In this document: positions 17,626 through 27,651 of the stretch, piece by piece | How positions within the stretch are numbered: the stretch's first letter is position 1 | How the letters are laid out: every line of letters starts with the position of its first letter | Virus record (IMG/VR): IMGVR_UViG_3300028326_000183 | Coordinates: 1,771-65,770 of that record | Source of the DNA: a virus | Length of the DNA stretch: 64,000 bases | Strand: one strand, 5' to 3' | Position numbers and translations under genes: made by a program | The notes under the pieces: model-generated | What the model was told of the DNA's origin: nothing | The model's database searches: none | Seen by the model: only the letters and a program-made list of their open reading frames with translations

Positions 17626-18847
17626 ATTCTGCAGCCTCTTTGTAAGTATATTTCTTTCCGCCGCGAACTACATATACATCTTCTGAAGATCCCGTCTGCT
17701 CTATCATGCGGCTCACTACTACGTCGCAGAACTTCTCATCAAGTTCGATCCCGTAGCAGATTCTGTCCGTCTGCTCGCAGGCGACCATGGTACTGCCGGA
17801 CCCTATGAACGGATCCAGAACGATGCATCCGCTCATTGAAGAATTAACGATAGGATATGCGAGAAGTGGTACCGGCTTCATCGTAGGATGATCGGTATTC
17901 TTCTTCGGTTTATCGTATTCCCAGATAGTAGATTCCTTTCTACCGCTGAACCATTTATGCTTTCCTTTCTTCTTCCAGCCATAAAGGATCGGTTCGTGCT
18001 GCCACTGATATGGAGACCTGCCAAGAACTAAGCTCTGCTTCTTCCATATGCAGCAGCCTGAAAGATAAAAGCCTGCATCCTGAAAAGCTTTCCTGAAGTT
18101 CAGTCCTTCGGTGTCAGCATGGAACACGTATATGCTTGCATCATCCTCCATTACCTTTTCAGTATTAGTGAATGCATCAAGCAGGAACTGATAGAACTTA
18201 CTGCTCCCCATGTTGTCGTTTTTGATCTTTCCTGCGCTGCCTTCATAGTCGACGTTGTACGGAGGATCCGTTACGACGAGATTTGCCTTGCTACTGTCCA
18301 TAAGTGCTTCGTATATTTCCTGTTTGGTGCTGTCACCGCAGATCAGGCGATGCTTTCCTATGAGCCACAGATCTCCAAGCTGCGTTACTGCTGGCTTCTT
18401 CAGTTCTTCCTCCACATCGAAGTCATCGTCCTGAATGTCATCATCAGTTAATAGCTTATTGATCTCGCTATCATCAAATCCAAGAAGGGTGACATCAAAG
18501 TCTACGCCCTGAAGATCTGAAAGTTCAACCGCCAGCATATCTTCATCCCAGCCGGCATTTAGTGCCAGCCTGTTGTCCGCGAGGATGTACGCTTTCTTCT
18601 GAGCGTCTGTAAGATTTTCCGCGAACACACATGGTACGGTTTTGTATCCTTCAAGCTTTGCAGCTTCGATCCTGCCGTGGCCCACGATGATGTTGTAATC
18701 TGCATCTATTACTGCAGGCGATACGAACCCGAACTCACGAAGAGAAGATCTAAGCTGTGCTATCTGATCCTTGTTATGAGTTCTGGCATTTCTTGCATAA
18801 GGAATCAGCTTATCAATATCCACCTGTTCAAATTTCTTTGTATCCAT
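17618..18847 (-). CDS. ParB-domain N6-adenine/N4-cytosine DNA methyltransferase
   Basis: N-terminal ParB (LIPYARNARTH, GHGR), TDPPY, HPTMKPV, LDPFIGSGST. Confidence 0.95.
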   Translation of the reverse strand: MDTKKFEQVDIDKLIPYARNARTHNKDQIAQLRSSLREFGFVSPAVIDADYNIIVGHGRIEAAKLEGYKTVPCVFAENLTDAQKKAYILADNRLALNAGWDEDMLAVELSDLQGVDFDVTLLGFDDSEINKLLTDDDIQDDDFDVEEELKKPAVTQLGDLWLIGKHRLICGDSTKQEIYEALMDSSKANLVVTDPPYNVDYEGSAGKIKNDNMGSSKFYQFLLDAFTNTEKVMEDDASIYVFHADTEGLNFRKAFQDAGFYLSGCCIWKKQSLVLGRSPYQWQHEPILYGWKKKGKHKWFSGRKESTIWEYDKPKKNTDHPTMKPVPLLAYPIVNSSMSGCIVLDPFIGSGSTMVACEQTDRICYGIELDEKFCDVVVSRMIEQTGSSEDVYVVRGGKKYTYKEAAELA

Positions 18848-19413
18848 TACTTACCTTTCCTTGACCGAAGCAGTTGCTCCATCATATCGTCCTGCGGGTT
18901 TCCCGTGAACGCAGCAGTGCAGTTCTGCTTTACAATGTCGTATATTTCATACCAGAGCAGATTTGCCTGCTTCTGAAACGACTGACTCATCTGTACAAAC
19001 GGACTTGTTATAGCGCCGCCTGTCGTTGGGTGCTTTCCAAGAAGTCCGTATGTGCTTATAGCGTCCTCGCACTGTATATATCTTGCGAAGCTTTGCGCAT
19101 ATCCTTCAATTAGTCTGTTACTCACGAACTTTTCGCAGCCACGTTCTTCAAGCCACTTCCATGTTTCTCTATATATCTCATCCGCGCCGAGCGGTTTACC
19201 GTCACGCTGCTTTGCTGATAGGTATCTGCTCGGGTCCGGCATGTCGCTCCCTTCAAGATCAGCTGGTTCTCCAATGCTGCCAGCTTCGAGCTCTGTCACA
19301 GGAAGTTCCATGATCGTAGCCGGTTTTCCTTTACTGATCTTATCCGCCAGAGCCTCCGGTTTATCGCCTGCTCTGACTCTTCTGCCTCCCCTGTTCGTCA
19401 TATCTTTCGCCAA
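18847..19413 (-). CDS. terS: Terminase small subunit (P27-like)
   Basis: NRGGRRVRAG, GKHPTTGGAITSPFVQMS; TTG start with RBS GAGGTG; position after HNH. Confidence 0.75.
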   Translation of the reverse strand: MAKDMTNRGGRRVRAGDKPEALADKISKGKPATIMELPVTELEAGSIGEPADLEGSDMPDPSRYLSAKQRDGKPLGADEIYRETWKWLEERGCEKFVSNRLIEGYAQSFARYIQCEDAISTYGLLGKHPTTGGAITSPFVQMSQSFQKQANLLWYEIYDIVKQNCTAAFTGNPQDDMMEQLLRSRKGK

Positions 19414-19469
19414 ATTATCACCTCAATTCCTTAAATCCCCCGTTTGAACCGGGATTTTTGTACGCGTGA

Positions 19470-19479
19470 CCCCGCACCG
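19470..19479 (-). other. Candidate cos site (CGGTGCGGGG)
   Basis: GC-rich decamer in the HNH-terS intergenic region, the usual cos position in HNH/HK97-type phages. Confidence 0.45.
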
Positions 19480-19524
19480 TTGCCCGGTTCCAGCCATTTT
19501 AGAGATCTTACCCGCCCCTGGGGG

Positions 19525-19884
19525 TCAGCGTCTTATTTTTCTGTCTCCTAGCTCGATATGCATCTTCGTATGGCATGACTGACAAAGACTCATAAGGTTC
19601 GAAGGATCATTCGTCCCGCCTTGTGATACAGGAATGATGTGGTGCACCTCCTGCATGAGTGTTGCACGCCCTTCGCTGAGGCACCGTTCGCACAGAGGAT
19701 GCTCCCTTGCGTACTTGTCACGTATCCTTTTCCATGAACGCCCGTATATCTTGTTTACGTCTTTGCTGCGCTCATACCTGTTGTACTGTTTGTCCGTGAG
19801 TTTCTTATGCTCCTCGCAGTACCTACCTTCACATAACTTCGGGCATCCGGGATAAGAACATGGACTTAGCGGTTTCCTAGGCAT
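19525..19884 (-). CDS. HNH endonuclease (terminase-associated, HK97 gp74-like)
   Basis: MPRKPLSPCSYPGCP...HPLCERC...VHHIIP...NLMSLCQSCHTKMH; TAATG overlap with the upstream ORF. Confidence 0.93.
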   Translation of the reverse strand: MPRKPLSPCSYPGCPKLCEGRYCEEHKKLTDKQYNRYERSKDVNKIYGRSWKRIRDKYAREHPLCERCLSEGRATLMQEVHHIIPVSQGGTNDPSNLMSLCQSCHTKMHIELGDRKIRR

Positions 19885-20090
19885 TACCACTCGCACCTCC
19901 CGCTATAATATTTGTCTGCTATGTCCATCTGTCGGTCTGATGGCAGGCACCGCAAAAGTTCTTTGCTGTGTTCTCTTGACTCCCGCGCCTCTTCTTTGGT
20001 TCTATAGAATGCACATGCTGTGCCGTCACACCGGCAAGCCCTTATTACCCTGCACACTTTTGCACTATCTGCTGCAAAACATTTTTCCAT
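19884..20090 (-). CDS. Small Cys-rich hypothetical protein
   Basis: 68 aa MEKCFA...CRVIRACRCDGTACAFY; RBS GGAGGG. Confidence 0.65.
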   Translation of the reverse strand: MEKCFAADSAKVCRVIRACRCDGTACAFYRTKEEARESREHSKELLRCLPSDRQMDIADKYYSGRCEW

Positions 20091-20106
20091 ATTGATTCCC
20101 TCCAAT

Positions 20107-20142
20107 AGAAAAACCTCCGGGGATTTTACTCCTCGAAGGTTT
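20107..20142 (-). terminator. Possible terminator between the early/middle and late regions
   Basis: Imperfect AAACCTTCG...CGGAGGTTT hairpin followed by a T tract on the minus strand. Confidence 0.45.
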
Positions 20143-20195
20143 ATCATCTTTTTCGTCAGTATAATACTATCACAAACTCGAACTCTCATTTACTC

Positions 20196-20618
20196 TCATT
20201 TACTCTTATCAGGCATGATTCTGTATATTTCTTTTAATGCTACGCTATGGAGATGGAATACATGCTGCACGCTGTAATACATATCAGTTGCTATCTGTTC
20301 CCAGCCTTCAAAACAAAGGTATCTCTTTTCAAGCAGCGTTTGGCATTCCGGGTTCTTCACTTTTTTTATTACTTCTGTGATTTCCTTCTTGAGGTCCACC
20401 AGTTCATCTATGTCATGATTGATTTCATTTTCAAGCTCAATGATCTTTATTATCACGTCCTCCATGCTGTGGGTGTTCTTGGTATTACTGACCGGCGCAT
20501 CATTAAGCGTTGCAGTAGCCTTTGTCGCAAGTGCGTGCAGCGATTCTGTCTGCATTATTTTACTATCGATTCGCTGGTCAATGTGATAAGCCTGACCCAG
20601 GTATTCTTTTGCTGTCAT
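20196..20618 (-). CDS. RinA/ArpU-like late transcriptional activator (DUF1492-like)
   Basis: MTAKEYLGQAY...LLEKRYLCFEGWEQIATDMYYSVQHVFHLHSVAL (sigma r4-like HTH). Confidence 0.85.
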   Translation of the reverse strand: MTAKEYLGQAYHIDQRIDSKIMQTESLHALATKATATLNDAPVSNTKNTHSMEDVIIKIIELENEINHDIDELVDLKKEITEVIKKVKNPECQTLLEKRYLCFEGWEQIATDMYYSVQHVFHLHSVALKEIYRIMPDKSK

Positions 20619-20842
20619 ATGTATTCCCTCCTGATCTTCTCCATGATCACATTACCGTCGCATCCAGTAAGTTCATAGAACCACTGTGAACGGAAGAACT
20701 TTTCAACTTCGATTATCTCTACTGACCTTGCTCTTCCTGGATATCTTTTCTCTCTGCATAAAAGGCTCCTGTAATCCTTTGCAGCTCTTACCACTATTGC
20801 CGTTGCAAGCCTTTGGTAAGGATCTTCGTTTTCGTATATCAT
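20615..20842 (-). CDS. Small conserved phage protein
   Basis: DPYQRLATAIVVRAAKDYR...EKFFRSQWFYELTGCDG; RBS GGAGG before ATG 20842. Confidence 0.75.
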   Translation of the reverse strand: MIYENEDPYQRLATAIVVRAAKDYRSLLCREKRYPGRARSVEIIEVEKFFRSQWFYELTGCDGNVIMEKIRREYI

Positions 20843-20923
20843 GGTATAACCTCCAATCGATATATCTTTTTCCGCTAAGCTTATGTTTTCATCCTGTGCT
20901 GCAAAGCTGCGTCGTATCATTGA

Positions 20924-21208
20924 TTAGTGCAGGAGGCCGTTAAGCACGGCCTGCACCTCGTCCACCGAGCGGACGACTGTCGCCGTCCCTCCGGCCGCGA
21001 GGATTTTTCTGATGGTCGCTTCCTGGAGCTTTGTAGGCTTGCCTTCTTCCGTCTTCACTTCGAATCCATAGAAGTGACCATCGACGCAGGCAATTATATC
21101 CGGGATGCCTGCCGTCCCATACATTCCGCCATGCTCCTTCCAGGCAAAGCAGCGCGGCACCGTCTTAAGGTACCTCATTATCCTTTTTACTATGTCCGAT
21201 TCTGACAT
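20924..21208 (-). CDS. VRR-NUC domain nuclease
   Basis: ESDIVKRI, GIPDIIAC, GFEVKTEEGKPTKLQ. Confidence 0.92.
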   Translation of the reverse strand: MSESDIVKRIMRYLKTVPRCFAWKEHGGMYGTAGIPDIIACVDGHFYGFEVKTEEGKPTKLQEATIRKILAAGGTATVVRSVDEVQAVLNGLLH

Positions 21209-21228
21209 TTTTTACCACCTATCTTTCA

Positions 21229-21387
21229 ATGTGTTCCGAAAGAATCGCCATTTTTCAATGGTTGGAACACATAGAACACGAGAAATCCTATTATACTGAC
21301 TTTTTAATTACAAAAAAACACGTATATGCATATTTTTTTTGTATATATATAGAGAGTTAGAAAAGTCGTGTTCCATGTGTTCCGAAT
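21229..21387. other. Probable phage replication origin
   Basis: 18-bp inverted arms GGAACACATAGAACACGA (21264-21281) and TCGTGTTCCATGTGTTCC (21366-21383), one mismatch, around a very AT-rich spacer; ATGTGTTCCGAA repeated at 21229 and 21376; lies right after the primase gene. Confidence 0.6.
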
Positions 21388-21444
21388 GGCTTGAATTTCC
21401 TTCCGTATATGGCGCACCTAGCCGCTGCAGCCGTTGCAAATGCT

Positions 21445-23940
21445 TCATCCCAGCATTTCTCCAAGTTTTATTCCGTTAAGAACACGTCTGCCGCCCAATC
21501 TGTCGATGTCGCGTTCCACATCGCTGCACGCGGAAAGAATCTGCTGCACGAACGTCTTCTGGGAATACGGCTTAAGCCCGCACTCATCGCAGTAGCTCTT
21601 ATACGCGCGGAACAGCTCCGTCGACCCTGTGGCAGACGAAGGATCGAGTTCGCAGTACTCTTTTACGAATGAAAGCACCGAGTCCGACTCTTCCCTGTAC
21701 TGCTGGAGCTCCGTTCTGTTGACCTGTGTTTCCGAGAAGCGAAAATCGTTGTTCATAAGTATCCTGAGACCTTCCAGAGCAAACAGAAAGATGCCGTCTG
21801 ATTCCATGCGGAATTTATCCAGGAGCCCGGGATCGCGTTTTTCAGGCGGCACGGTATGACTGAATCGTATGATGATGAGCCTCCTGTAAAAGCCCTCCGA
21901 CCTGTCCCCGTAGTTCCTCGGTATGCTGTTGCATGAGAACAGCAGCCTCGCACTCGACTGGAAAGAAAACGGATTCCTGTTCTTCTTCTCTACAGTGAGG
22001 TAATCCTCGCCTACGAGCGCCTTGAATATCCCGTTGTCGTCAATGTTCTTCGTGGGAAGGTCAGCGAAAATGTTAGCCAACTTGCCGAAAAGCTCCGCCG
22101 GCTTGAATCTTTCGTTCAGCGCCTGCCATGACACGTTCGACACATTCTGCTTCCCGAGAAGCACCTCGTTCAGGACCCTTAGAAGCACTGACTTTCCAGC
22201 TCCTGCTGCTCCTACTATGACGAAGCACTTCTGGGCTGCGTTCACCGGTATGAGGAAATACCCCATCATCTCCTGGATGAGTTTCACCTGGTCCATATCG
22301 CCGTCCATAGATTCCTCGAGGAACTTCTTGAACATTGGGCAGTCCGCCGTTTTGTCATAGGTAACGGCAAGCTGCACCGTCGAGAAGTATTCCGGCGTAT
22401 GTTCTGTAAGAGTATCTTCAAGCACGTTGTAAAGTCCGTTCCTCACATTGATGATGTAAGGATTGGAGTTCAGCTCCCGTATATCCTTCTGCACTTTTAG
22501 CCGCCACTGCTTCTCCGCGTCCATTATCTGATTCATCTTTGTCTCGCGTACCAGCATCTTATCCTGCACGAGTTTCTGCGCTTCCATATCACTCATCTCG
22601 GAATAAACACCTCCGCTGTATCCGAAATGCTGCTCTGCCGCGTAAAACACCTTCTCTGTATCTGCCATATTCTGAGCAAGGACCCCCGGAAGAAACCTGA
22701 GCCCTCCGTTCTCCATAGGCTCGTACCAGTCCGGAAGCGATGCTCCGGCCTTTGCTTTTTTCGCGGCTTTTCCAGCCTTGAACGCGCGACTCACATCTTT
22801 ATATACGGCTTTCAGCGATTTCAGGAACGACGCCTTAAGTTTTAAGTGGTCACGCAGCGCGACATCGATGATCACGTCTGCTATCACCACATCCTGGTTA
22901 TATAAGTAGTCACGCACGAATTTCTCTGCCATCTGAAGGTCCTCTATAGCGTTTCCTTTGCATGGGATATCCGAGATGATATCCTGCAGGACGTCAGCGC
23001 TAAGAGGCAGGTAGCAGAGAGCCGCGGGCGACCTTACCTGGCACTCGCCCTTTTCGAATTTCGGGCATTTGTACCCTTTCTCGCAGATGGTGCTGCAGTT
23101 GATGGGACCTGTACCGCTCTCCAAAAAATGGTTTATCTTTTTCTGCGTCACCGATTCGCTGTAACCTGGATACGGAGCGGAAAGCTCGTGTATCTTTTTC
23201 GTACCGCCGTCGAAAGATGCGAGGTTCGTTACCATTGCGTACCAGTCGTGCTCAGAAAGGTCTGCTGCATCTGTCCTGCAGTGCCTAAGAAAGTCGCAGC
23301 TACGCATTACGATGTCCAGGCCCTTCTGCGTGCCGTTTTTCTTTTCCGGCGACTTTTCATCTGCTTCCGGTAGTAGCTCTGACAGCTGATCCTGCGTGTA
23401 CTTAAGCTCCGGATGGAAACTTATGCACTCCACCATGACCCTCTTATCCGTCTTACAATGATAGAACCCCGGGAGTCTCATAACCCTGGATTCATTGACG
23501 CACATTGGATCCCCGCCGAACATCTTTACAAGCTGTTTCTGCACGGTGCGGAAACGCTCCACTTTTGCTGTGCCGTCCATAAAATAATATGTGTGGAGTG
23601 ATTTCTGCGTCCTTACTATCATGGAAGGCCGGAGCGGAAATGCATCGATCTTAGCCTGTTGCTCCTCAAATGTCCCGCCGTCCATTTCGAAGAACTGGGC
23701 GTTTATCCTCGTAATCGACTGATCGTTCTGCCCGCCGTAATTCACGACGAAGAACACTCCGCGGTCCTGCTCGTTGTGCTTATTTAAGTCTCCCTCTATG
23801 GTCTTGTATTTTCCGCATTCGCACTGCAGGTTCTGTCCGCGGAACATGCCGCGCTTCTTGTCATCGAAAACACGAAAGCATACGGTATCTGCCGGGTTGA
23901 AAAGGCTGCCAAGGATGTCGGCCGCTGTAATATTGATCAT
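21445..23940 (-). CDS. Primase-helicase (N-terminal RepB/AEP-like primase, D5_N, P4-type SF3 helicase)
   Basis: FFEMDG, TQKSLHTYY, DPMCVNESRVMRLPGFYH; INVRNGLY; Walker A GAAGAGKS; GFYRRLIIIRF; ATGA overlap at 23937-23940. Confidence 0.92.
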   Translation of the reverse strand: MINITAADILGSLFNPADTVCFRVFDDKKRGMFRGQNLQCECGKYKTIEGDLNKHNEQDRGVFFVVNYGGQNDQSITRINAQFFEMDGGTFEEQQAKIDAFPLRPSMIVRTQKSLHTYYFMDGTAKVERFRTVQKQLVKMFGGDPMCVNESRVMRLPGFYHCKTDKRVMVECISFHPELKYTQDQLSELLPEADEKSPEKKNGTQKGLDIVMRSCDFLRHCRTDAADLSEHDWYAMVTNLASFDGGTKKIHELSAPYPGYSESVTQKKINHFLESGTGPINCSTICEKGYKCPKFEKGECQVRSPAALCYLPLSADVLQDIISDIPCKGNAIEDLQMAEKFVRDYLYNQDVVIADVIIDVALRDHLKLKASFLKSLKAVYKDVSRAFKAGKAAKKAKAGASLPDWYEPMENGGLRFLPGVLAQNMADTEKVFYAAEQHFGYSGGVYSEMSDMEAQKLVQDKMLVRETKMNQIMDAEKQWRLKVQKDIRELNSNPYIINVRNGLYNVLEDTLTEHTPEYFSTVQLAVTYDKTADCPMFKKFLEESMDGDMDQVKLIQEMMGYFLIPVNAAQKCFVIVGAAGAGKSVLLRVLNEVLLGKQNVSNVSWQALNERFKPAELFGKLANIFADLPTKNIDDNGIFKALVGEDYLTVEKKNRNPFSFQSSARLLFSCNSIPRNYGDRSEGFYRRLIIIRFSHTVPPEKRDPGLLDKFRMESDGIFLFALEGLRILMNNDFRFSETQVNRTELQQYREESDSVLSFVKEYCELDPSSATGSTELFRAYKSYCDECGLKPYSQKTFVQQILSACSDVERDIDRLGGRRVLNGIKLGEMLG

Positions 23941-24386
23941 GCTTCTGCCTCCTCGATCTTGAAATAACGGACGGGTATATGAAGACGTTTTGCTTCCGAG
24001 ATCTCCTGCTTCATGCCTTCTGACACTATGCCGCCTCTTGTGAAGCACCACACTTCATCGCATAAAGCGAGAAGCGCGAGTCCGAACATGCAGCAAAGCT
24101 CTCTCTGCCCGGGGTCGCTATCATTGAATCCCATTGCGGGATACATGAGATGGCTCGCTATAGGCATCCTGCCTTTTGAAGCAGCATATCGGCATGCCAT
24201 CGCGGCATCCGCTGCATTCTTGCCCTTGTCGCCTGCGTAGCGCGAAGCAATGTAAACCTTCGGCCTTGTCTTCATCTCATGCTGCCTCCGCCAGACGCGT
24301 TTACGCTCTATGCGGTATTCTTTCATCATATTTCCTATTGCCTGCCCGGCCGTAGGGTCGGCGTAGCCTTCAGAATTTCTATACAT
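23937..24386 (-). CDS. Conserved phage protein (DUF4406/DUF7768-like)
   Basis: MYRNSEGYADPTA, VYIASRYAGD, PIASHLMYP, LALLALCDEVW, SEGMKQEI. Confidence 0.8.
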   Translation of the reverse strand: MYRNSEGYADPTAGQAIGNMMKEYRIERKRVWRRQHEMKTRPKVYIASRYAGDKGKNAADAAMACRYAASKGRMPIASHLMYPAMGFNDSDPGQRELCCMFGLALLALCDEVWCFTRGGIVSEGMKQEISEAKRLHIPVRYFKIEEAEA

Positions 24387-24388
24387 GC

Positions 24389-26320
24389 TTAGTCCTCCAG
24401 TTCTTCAAGTGTCCCGAATGTCCTGCCCGCTGACGCTTCAGCAGCAAGCGGTATATCGAACTCCAGAAACGGCTGCGGTTCCATACAGGACCTTATGTAG
24501 TCCGCAGCTTCTTTGAGCCTTGCTTCCGGGACGATAAATGTAAGTTCGTCATGTATCTGCAGGATTGGCTTAAGCCACGAGCGCTCCGGCAGACCTTTTA
24601 GTATCCTGCCAAGCGACAGTTTTAAGATATCCGCCGCAGTACCCTGGATCGGAGTGTTCATGCTGCAACGCTCTGCAAACGACTTCTTTCCCCAGTCATC
24701 AGATTTGATGCCGGGGAGATACCGCCTTCTTCCGAGCCATGTCTCCGAATACATCCTTCTCGCAGCCTCCGCTTTCGTTTCCTCTTGCCATGTGACAAGC
24801 CCGGGATAACCCGCTTTCAGATTCTCTATGATCTCCTCACATTCCCTGACTGATTTATCAACCCCCGCCTTGAACCTTAGCGTCCGCTGCAGGCCTCGAG
24901 GGAACAATCCATAAAACGTGCCGAAATTCACATTCTTAGCTATCGTCCTGCGCTCCTTGTATCCCGGAGCGTTCTTGTCTTTCGCCTGCTCATACGGGAC
25001 CGAGAATATGACGCTCGTCGTCGCGGCATGTATGTCGCCGCCGGACTTATATGTATCCATCATGATACGGTCGCGGCAGTAAAATGCTCCAACTCTAAGC
25101 TCTATCTGGCTGTAGTCGCAGCTTATGATGAGATGTCCCTCCGGCGCTCTTATGAAATTCCTTACGCCTATTGGGTCGTTGCTCTTCCTGGGCATGTTCT
25201 GCAGGTTCGGCCTGCTGCATGAAAATCTCCCGGTATCCGTGCTGAGCGAATAGAAGCTGGGATGTATGCAGCCTGTCGCAGGATCAAGATATTTTAGGTA
25301 TCCCGTGATATATGTGCTCGAGATCTTGTTCCATCTGCGGTATTCCTGTACGAGTTCGAAAAGCCTTGAAAGCTCCGGTCGGTTCGCGTCGCACCATTCT
25401 TTTAGCTGTATCATTACCGCGTCGTCAGCTGCAGCGCGGCTCGTCATCGTCGTCTTCATAACGGGAAGACGCAGATCCTGGAACAGGTACTTTTTGAAAG
25501 CATTCGTGGAGCAGTTGCTGCCGATGTCGATGCCTCCTATATAGAAATGTATCTCGCGGCGTATCCTGTCCATCTCGCGCTCCGCCTCTTCTTTTCGCTC
25601 ATCCATAAGACCGGTATCGACCGGCACTCCGTTATATTTCATGAGTCCAAGGTAGACAGATGTCGGGGATTCTATGTTCTCTACGATCCATCTGTGCCTT
25701 GGAAGATACTTATCGAACCAGGCATTAAACAGGTAATATAGCTGCAGCGCTTTGTCCGAGTCTTCGCAGCTGTAGCGTATGGTCTCCTGAGCCTCTGGAT
25801 CCAGTTCATCGAAATACCTGCCAGACGTCACATCGCTGAACGACGGCATCACGTCATGTAGCAGTTCTTCTGACAGTTTCTTAAGGCCAGAGTCCTGCAG
25901 CCTGCGGAACTCAGTACCGGTCTTAAGCGTCATCTGACTTGCGGCGATAGTGTCGTAGACAGGTTCCTGGATCACGATTCCGTATTTATATGAGAACATC
26001 GACTCGAATGACAGGTTATGCGCGATTTTTACGATGAACGTATCCGTTAGAAATTTCTCAAGGAACCGCGTGAACTCTTCCCTGCTGATATTTATCCCTG
26101 TTTTATGCGCGACCGGGATCTCTATGCCAGTCCCCGGTCTTACGCTTATGCTCATCGTGCAAATGTGGCTCTTTGCAGGATCGAGCGCAGCCTTGTCATC
26201 ATCACGGTACTCATCATCTGGCGATGTCTCATAGTCGAACGCTGCGACTTTGGCATTTCCGATATAAGCTAGTATCTCGGCTTCTGTCGTCACGCATTTA
26301 TATTCTTTTTTATCTTTCAT
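24389..26320 (-). CDS. Family A DNA polymerase with a 3'-5' exonuclease domain
   Basis: Exo AFDYET, AHNLSFE; motif A DYSQIELR, motif B RTIAKNVNFGTFYG, motif C QIHDEL. Confidence 0.96.
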   Translation of the reverse strand: MKDKKEYKCVTTEAEILAYIGNAKVAAFDYETSPDDEYRDDDKAALDPAKSHICTMSISVRPGTGIEIPVAHKTGINISREEFTRFLEKFLTDTFIVKIAHNLSFESMFSYKYGIVIQEPVYDTIAASQMTLKTGTEFRRLQDSGLKKLSEELLHDVMPSFSDVTSGRYFDELDPEAQETIRYSCEDSDKALQLYYLFNAWFDKYLPRHRWIVENIESPTSVYLGLMKYNGVPVDTGLMDERKEEAEREMDRIRREIHFYIGGIDIGSNCSTNAFKKYLFQDLRLPVMKTTMTSRAAADDAVMIQLKEWCDANRPELSRLFELVQEYRRWNKISSTYITGYLKYLDPATGCIHPSFYSLSTDTGRFSCSRPNLQNMPRKSNDPIGVRNFIRAPEGHLIISCDYSQIELRVGAFYCRDRIMMDTYKSGGDIHAATTSVIFSVPYEQAKDKNAPGYKERRTIAKNVNFGTFYGLFPRGLQRTLRFKAGVDKSVRECEEIIENLKAGYPGLVTWQEETKAEAARRMYSETWLGRRRYLPGIKSDDWGKKSFAERCSMNTPIQGTAADILKLSLGRILKGLPERSWLKPILQIHDELTFIVPEARLKEAADYIRSCMEPQPFLEFDIPLAAEASAGRTFGTLEELED

Positions 26321-26394
26321 ATGAAATGATCTCCTTATGCGAAAATCTCCGGGAGAGAACAAGCCCTCTCCCGAAGAATATCGTTACTACTGTC

Positions 26395-27147
26395 TTACTT
26401 AAGAGGTTCGATGATCTCACCTGTCTCTTCATCCACGAACGGCGTCTCATCGCTACCTGCAAGCGATGCAAGAGTGAGCCCCGCGGCATAGCTTTTCACT
26501 TGACCAACCATACTGCCGACAGCCGCAGTCTCCTGGCTGTCCAGCATACGTTCGAATGAGAAAGCCGCCTGTGAGTACGCGATGCCCGATACGCTCGTCG
26601 CTTTCTTTAGCGATATACGTGTCACAATACGCGAAAGTTTCCTGCCCTTAGAGAGCTGACGCTTTACATATTTCGTGAACTCTTTAAGCGATCCTGTCGG
26701 AAGTGACAGCACCATTGGGAAAAGTTCGTTCTCCATCAGGATGTATATCATGCGGCGGTTTTTGCAGGCTTTGCTCTGCCCTTCACCGCTTCCGAACCTG
26801 TTGTACGGACACGAGGCACACTTTCCGCCCGGACTTCCTGTACCGTTTACTCCGTCAAATGATCCGCAGTCGGGAGGGTTCGATCCGCCGTTGTATTTCT
26901 CCGTGTAATATGCATAAGCCGGATGGTGCAGCAGGATAACTCCGCTGATCTCCTTTACCATCTCAGTTTCGTCCCCGTCTCCCGGCACTTCGAAAGCAGT
27001 GCTTCCGCCTGCTGGTATCTTGATGCGGTCGAACGTAAGATCAAGACCCGCAAGGTCTTCAGCTGCATTTTCCAGGGCGTCGCTGCCCTTAAGAGCGGCA
27101 AAACCGCTGGTTTCCATAAGCTCGTTATTCTTTTTTGTATCTGACAT
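26395..27147 (-). CDS. Probable ssDNA-binding / annealing protein
   Basis: 250 aa, FDRIKIPAGG, PPDCGSFDG, CASCPYNRFGS, KACKNRR, LSLPTGSLK, acidic C-terminal tail; replication-module position. Confidence 0.6.
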   Translation of the reverse strand: MSDTKKNNELMETSGFAALKGSDALENAAEDLAGLDLTFDRIKIPAGGSTAFEVPGDGDETEMVKEISGVILLHHPAYAYYTEKYNGGSNPPDCGSFDGVNGTGSPGGKCASCPYNRFGSGEGQSKACKNRRMIYILMENELFPMVLSLPTGSLKEFTKYVKRQLSKGRKLSRIVTRISLKKATSVSGIAYSQAAFSFERMLDSQETAAVGSMVGQVKSYAAGLTLASLAGSDETPFVDEETGEIIEPLK

Positions 27148-27193
27148 CTATGTGTCCTCCATCTTATCCAAATAAATAATTGTTTTTTGTTTC

Positions 27194-27601
27194 TCAGCCT
27201 TTGCGTACGCCGACCGATACTTTCTCGAATACTGAGATCACGTCGGACAGCCACGAAGGTACTTCGTCGTTGTTCTCTGCTTTCTGTTCCTTTACGAAAC
27301 TCGAAAGAGTATTGGCGTTGACCGTTTCCACCACAATGCTGCCATATCCATTATCCTTAAGCGACTGCATGAGTTCGTCTTTTCGGCCTGACGCAGGTGA
27401 TGCGAACAGCCGTGAGTTCAGATAGAACGTGTTTCCGTTCCGTGAAAAACGCTCCACTTCTGACTCTGCCATCGCGTCTGACAGTGCGAGATCGAGTTCA
27501 TTTATCTCAGCTTCGGCAGCTTTTAGCTGCTCTTTTAACTCGGCTTTGCGGTCTCTTGCATCTTTGAGTCTATCTGCCATCTCGAAAATTTCATTGTTCA
27601 T
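27194..27601 (-). CDS. Phage replication-module protein (coiled coil plus small alpha/beta domain)
   Basis: 135 aa; RBS AAGGAGG; ETVNANTLSSFVKE motif. Confidence 0.7.
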   Translation of the reverse strand: MNNEIFEMADRLKDARDRKAELKEQLKAAEAEINELDLALSDAMAESEVERFSRNGNTFYLNSRLFASPASGRKDELMQSLKDNGYGSIVVETVNANTLSSFVKEQKAENNDEVPSWLSDVISVFEKVSVGVRKG

Positions 27602-27651
27602 TGTGCATCCTCCTTTCAATACCTGCCGAAGAAATCAACCCCTTAGCATCT

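Noticed and set aside
21264-21383. GAACAC/GTGTTC repeats as LexA boxes
   Set aside because: They are not arranged as GAAC-N4-GTTC and are better explained as origin iterons.
26350-26373. CGGGAGAG/CTCTCCCG hairpin upstream of the polymerase gene
   Set aside because: A single stem without a clear U-tract or repeat elsewhere; not enough for a functional claim.
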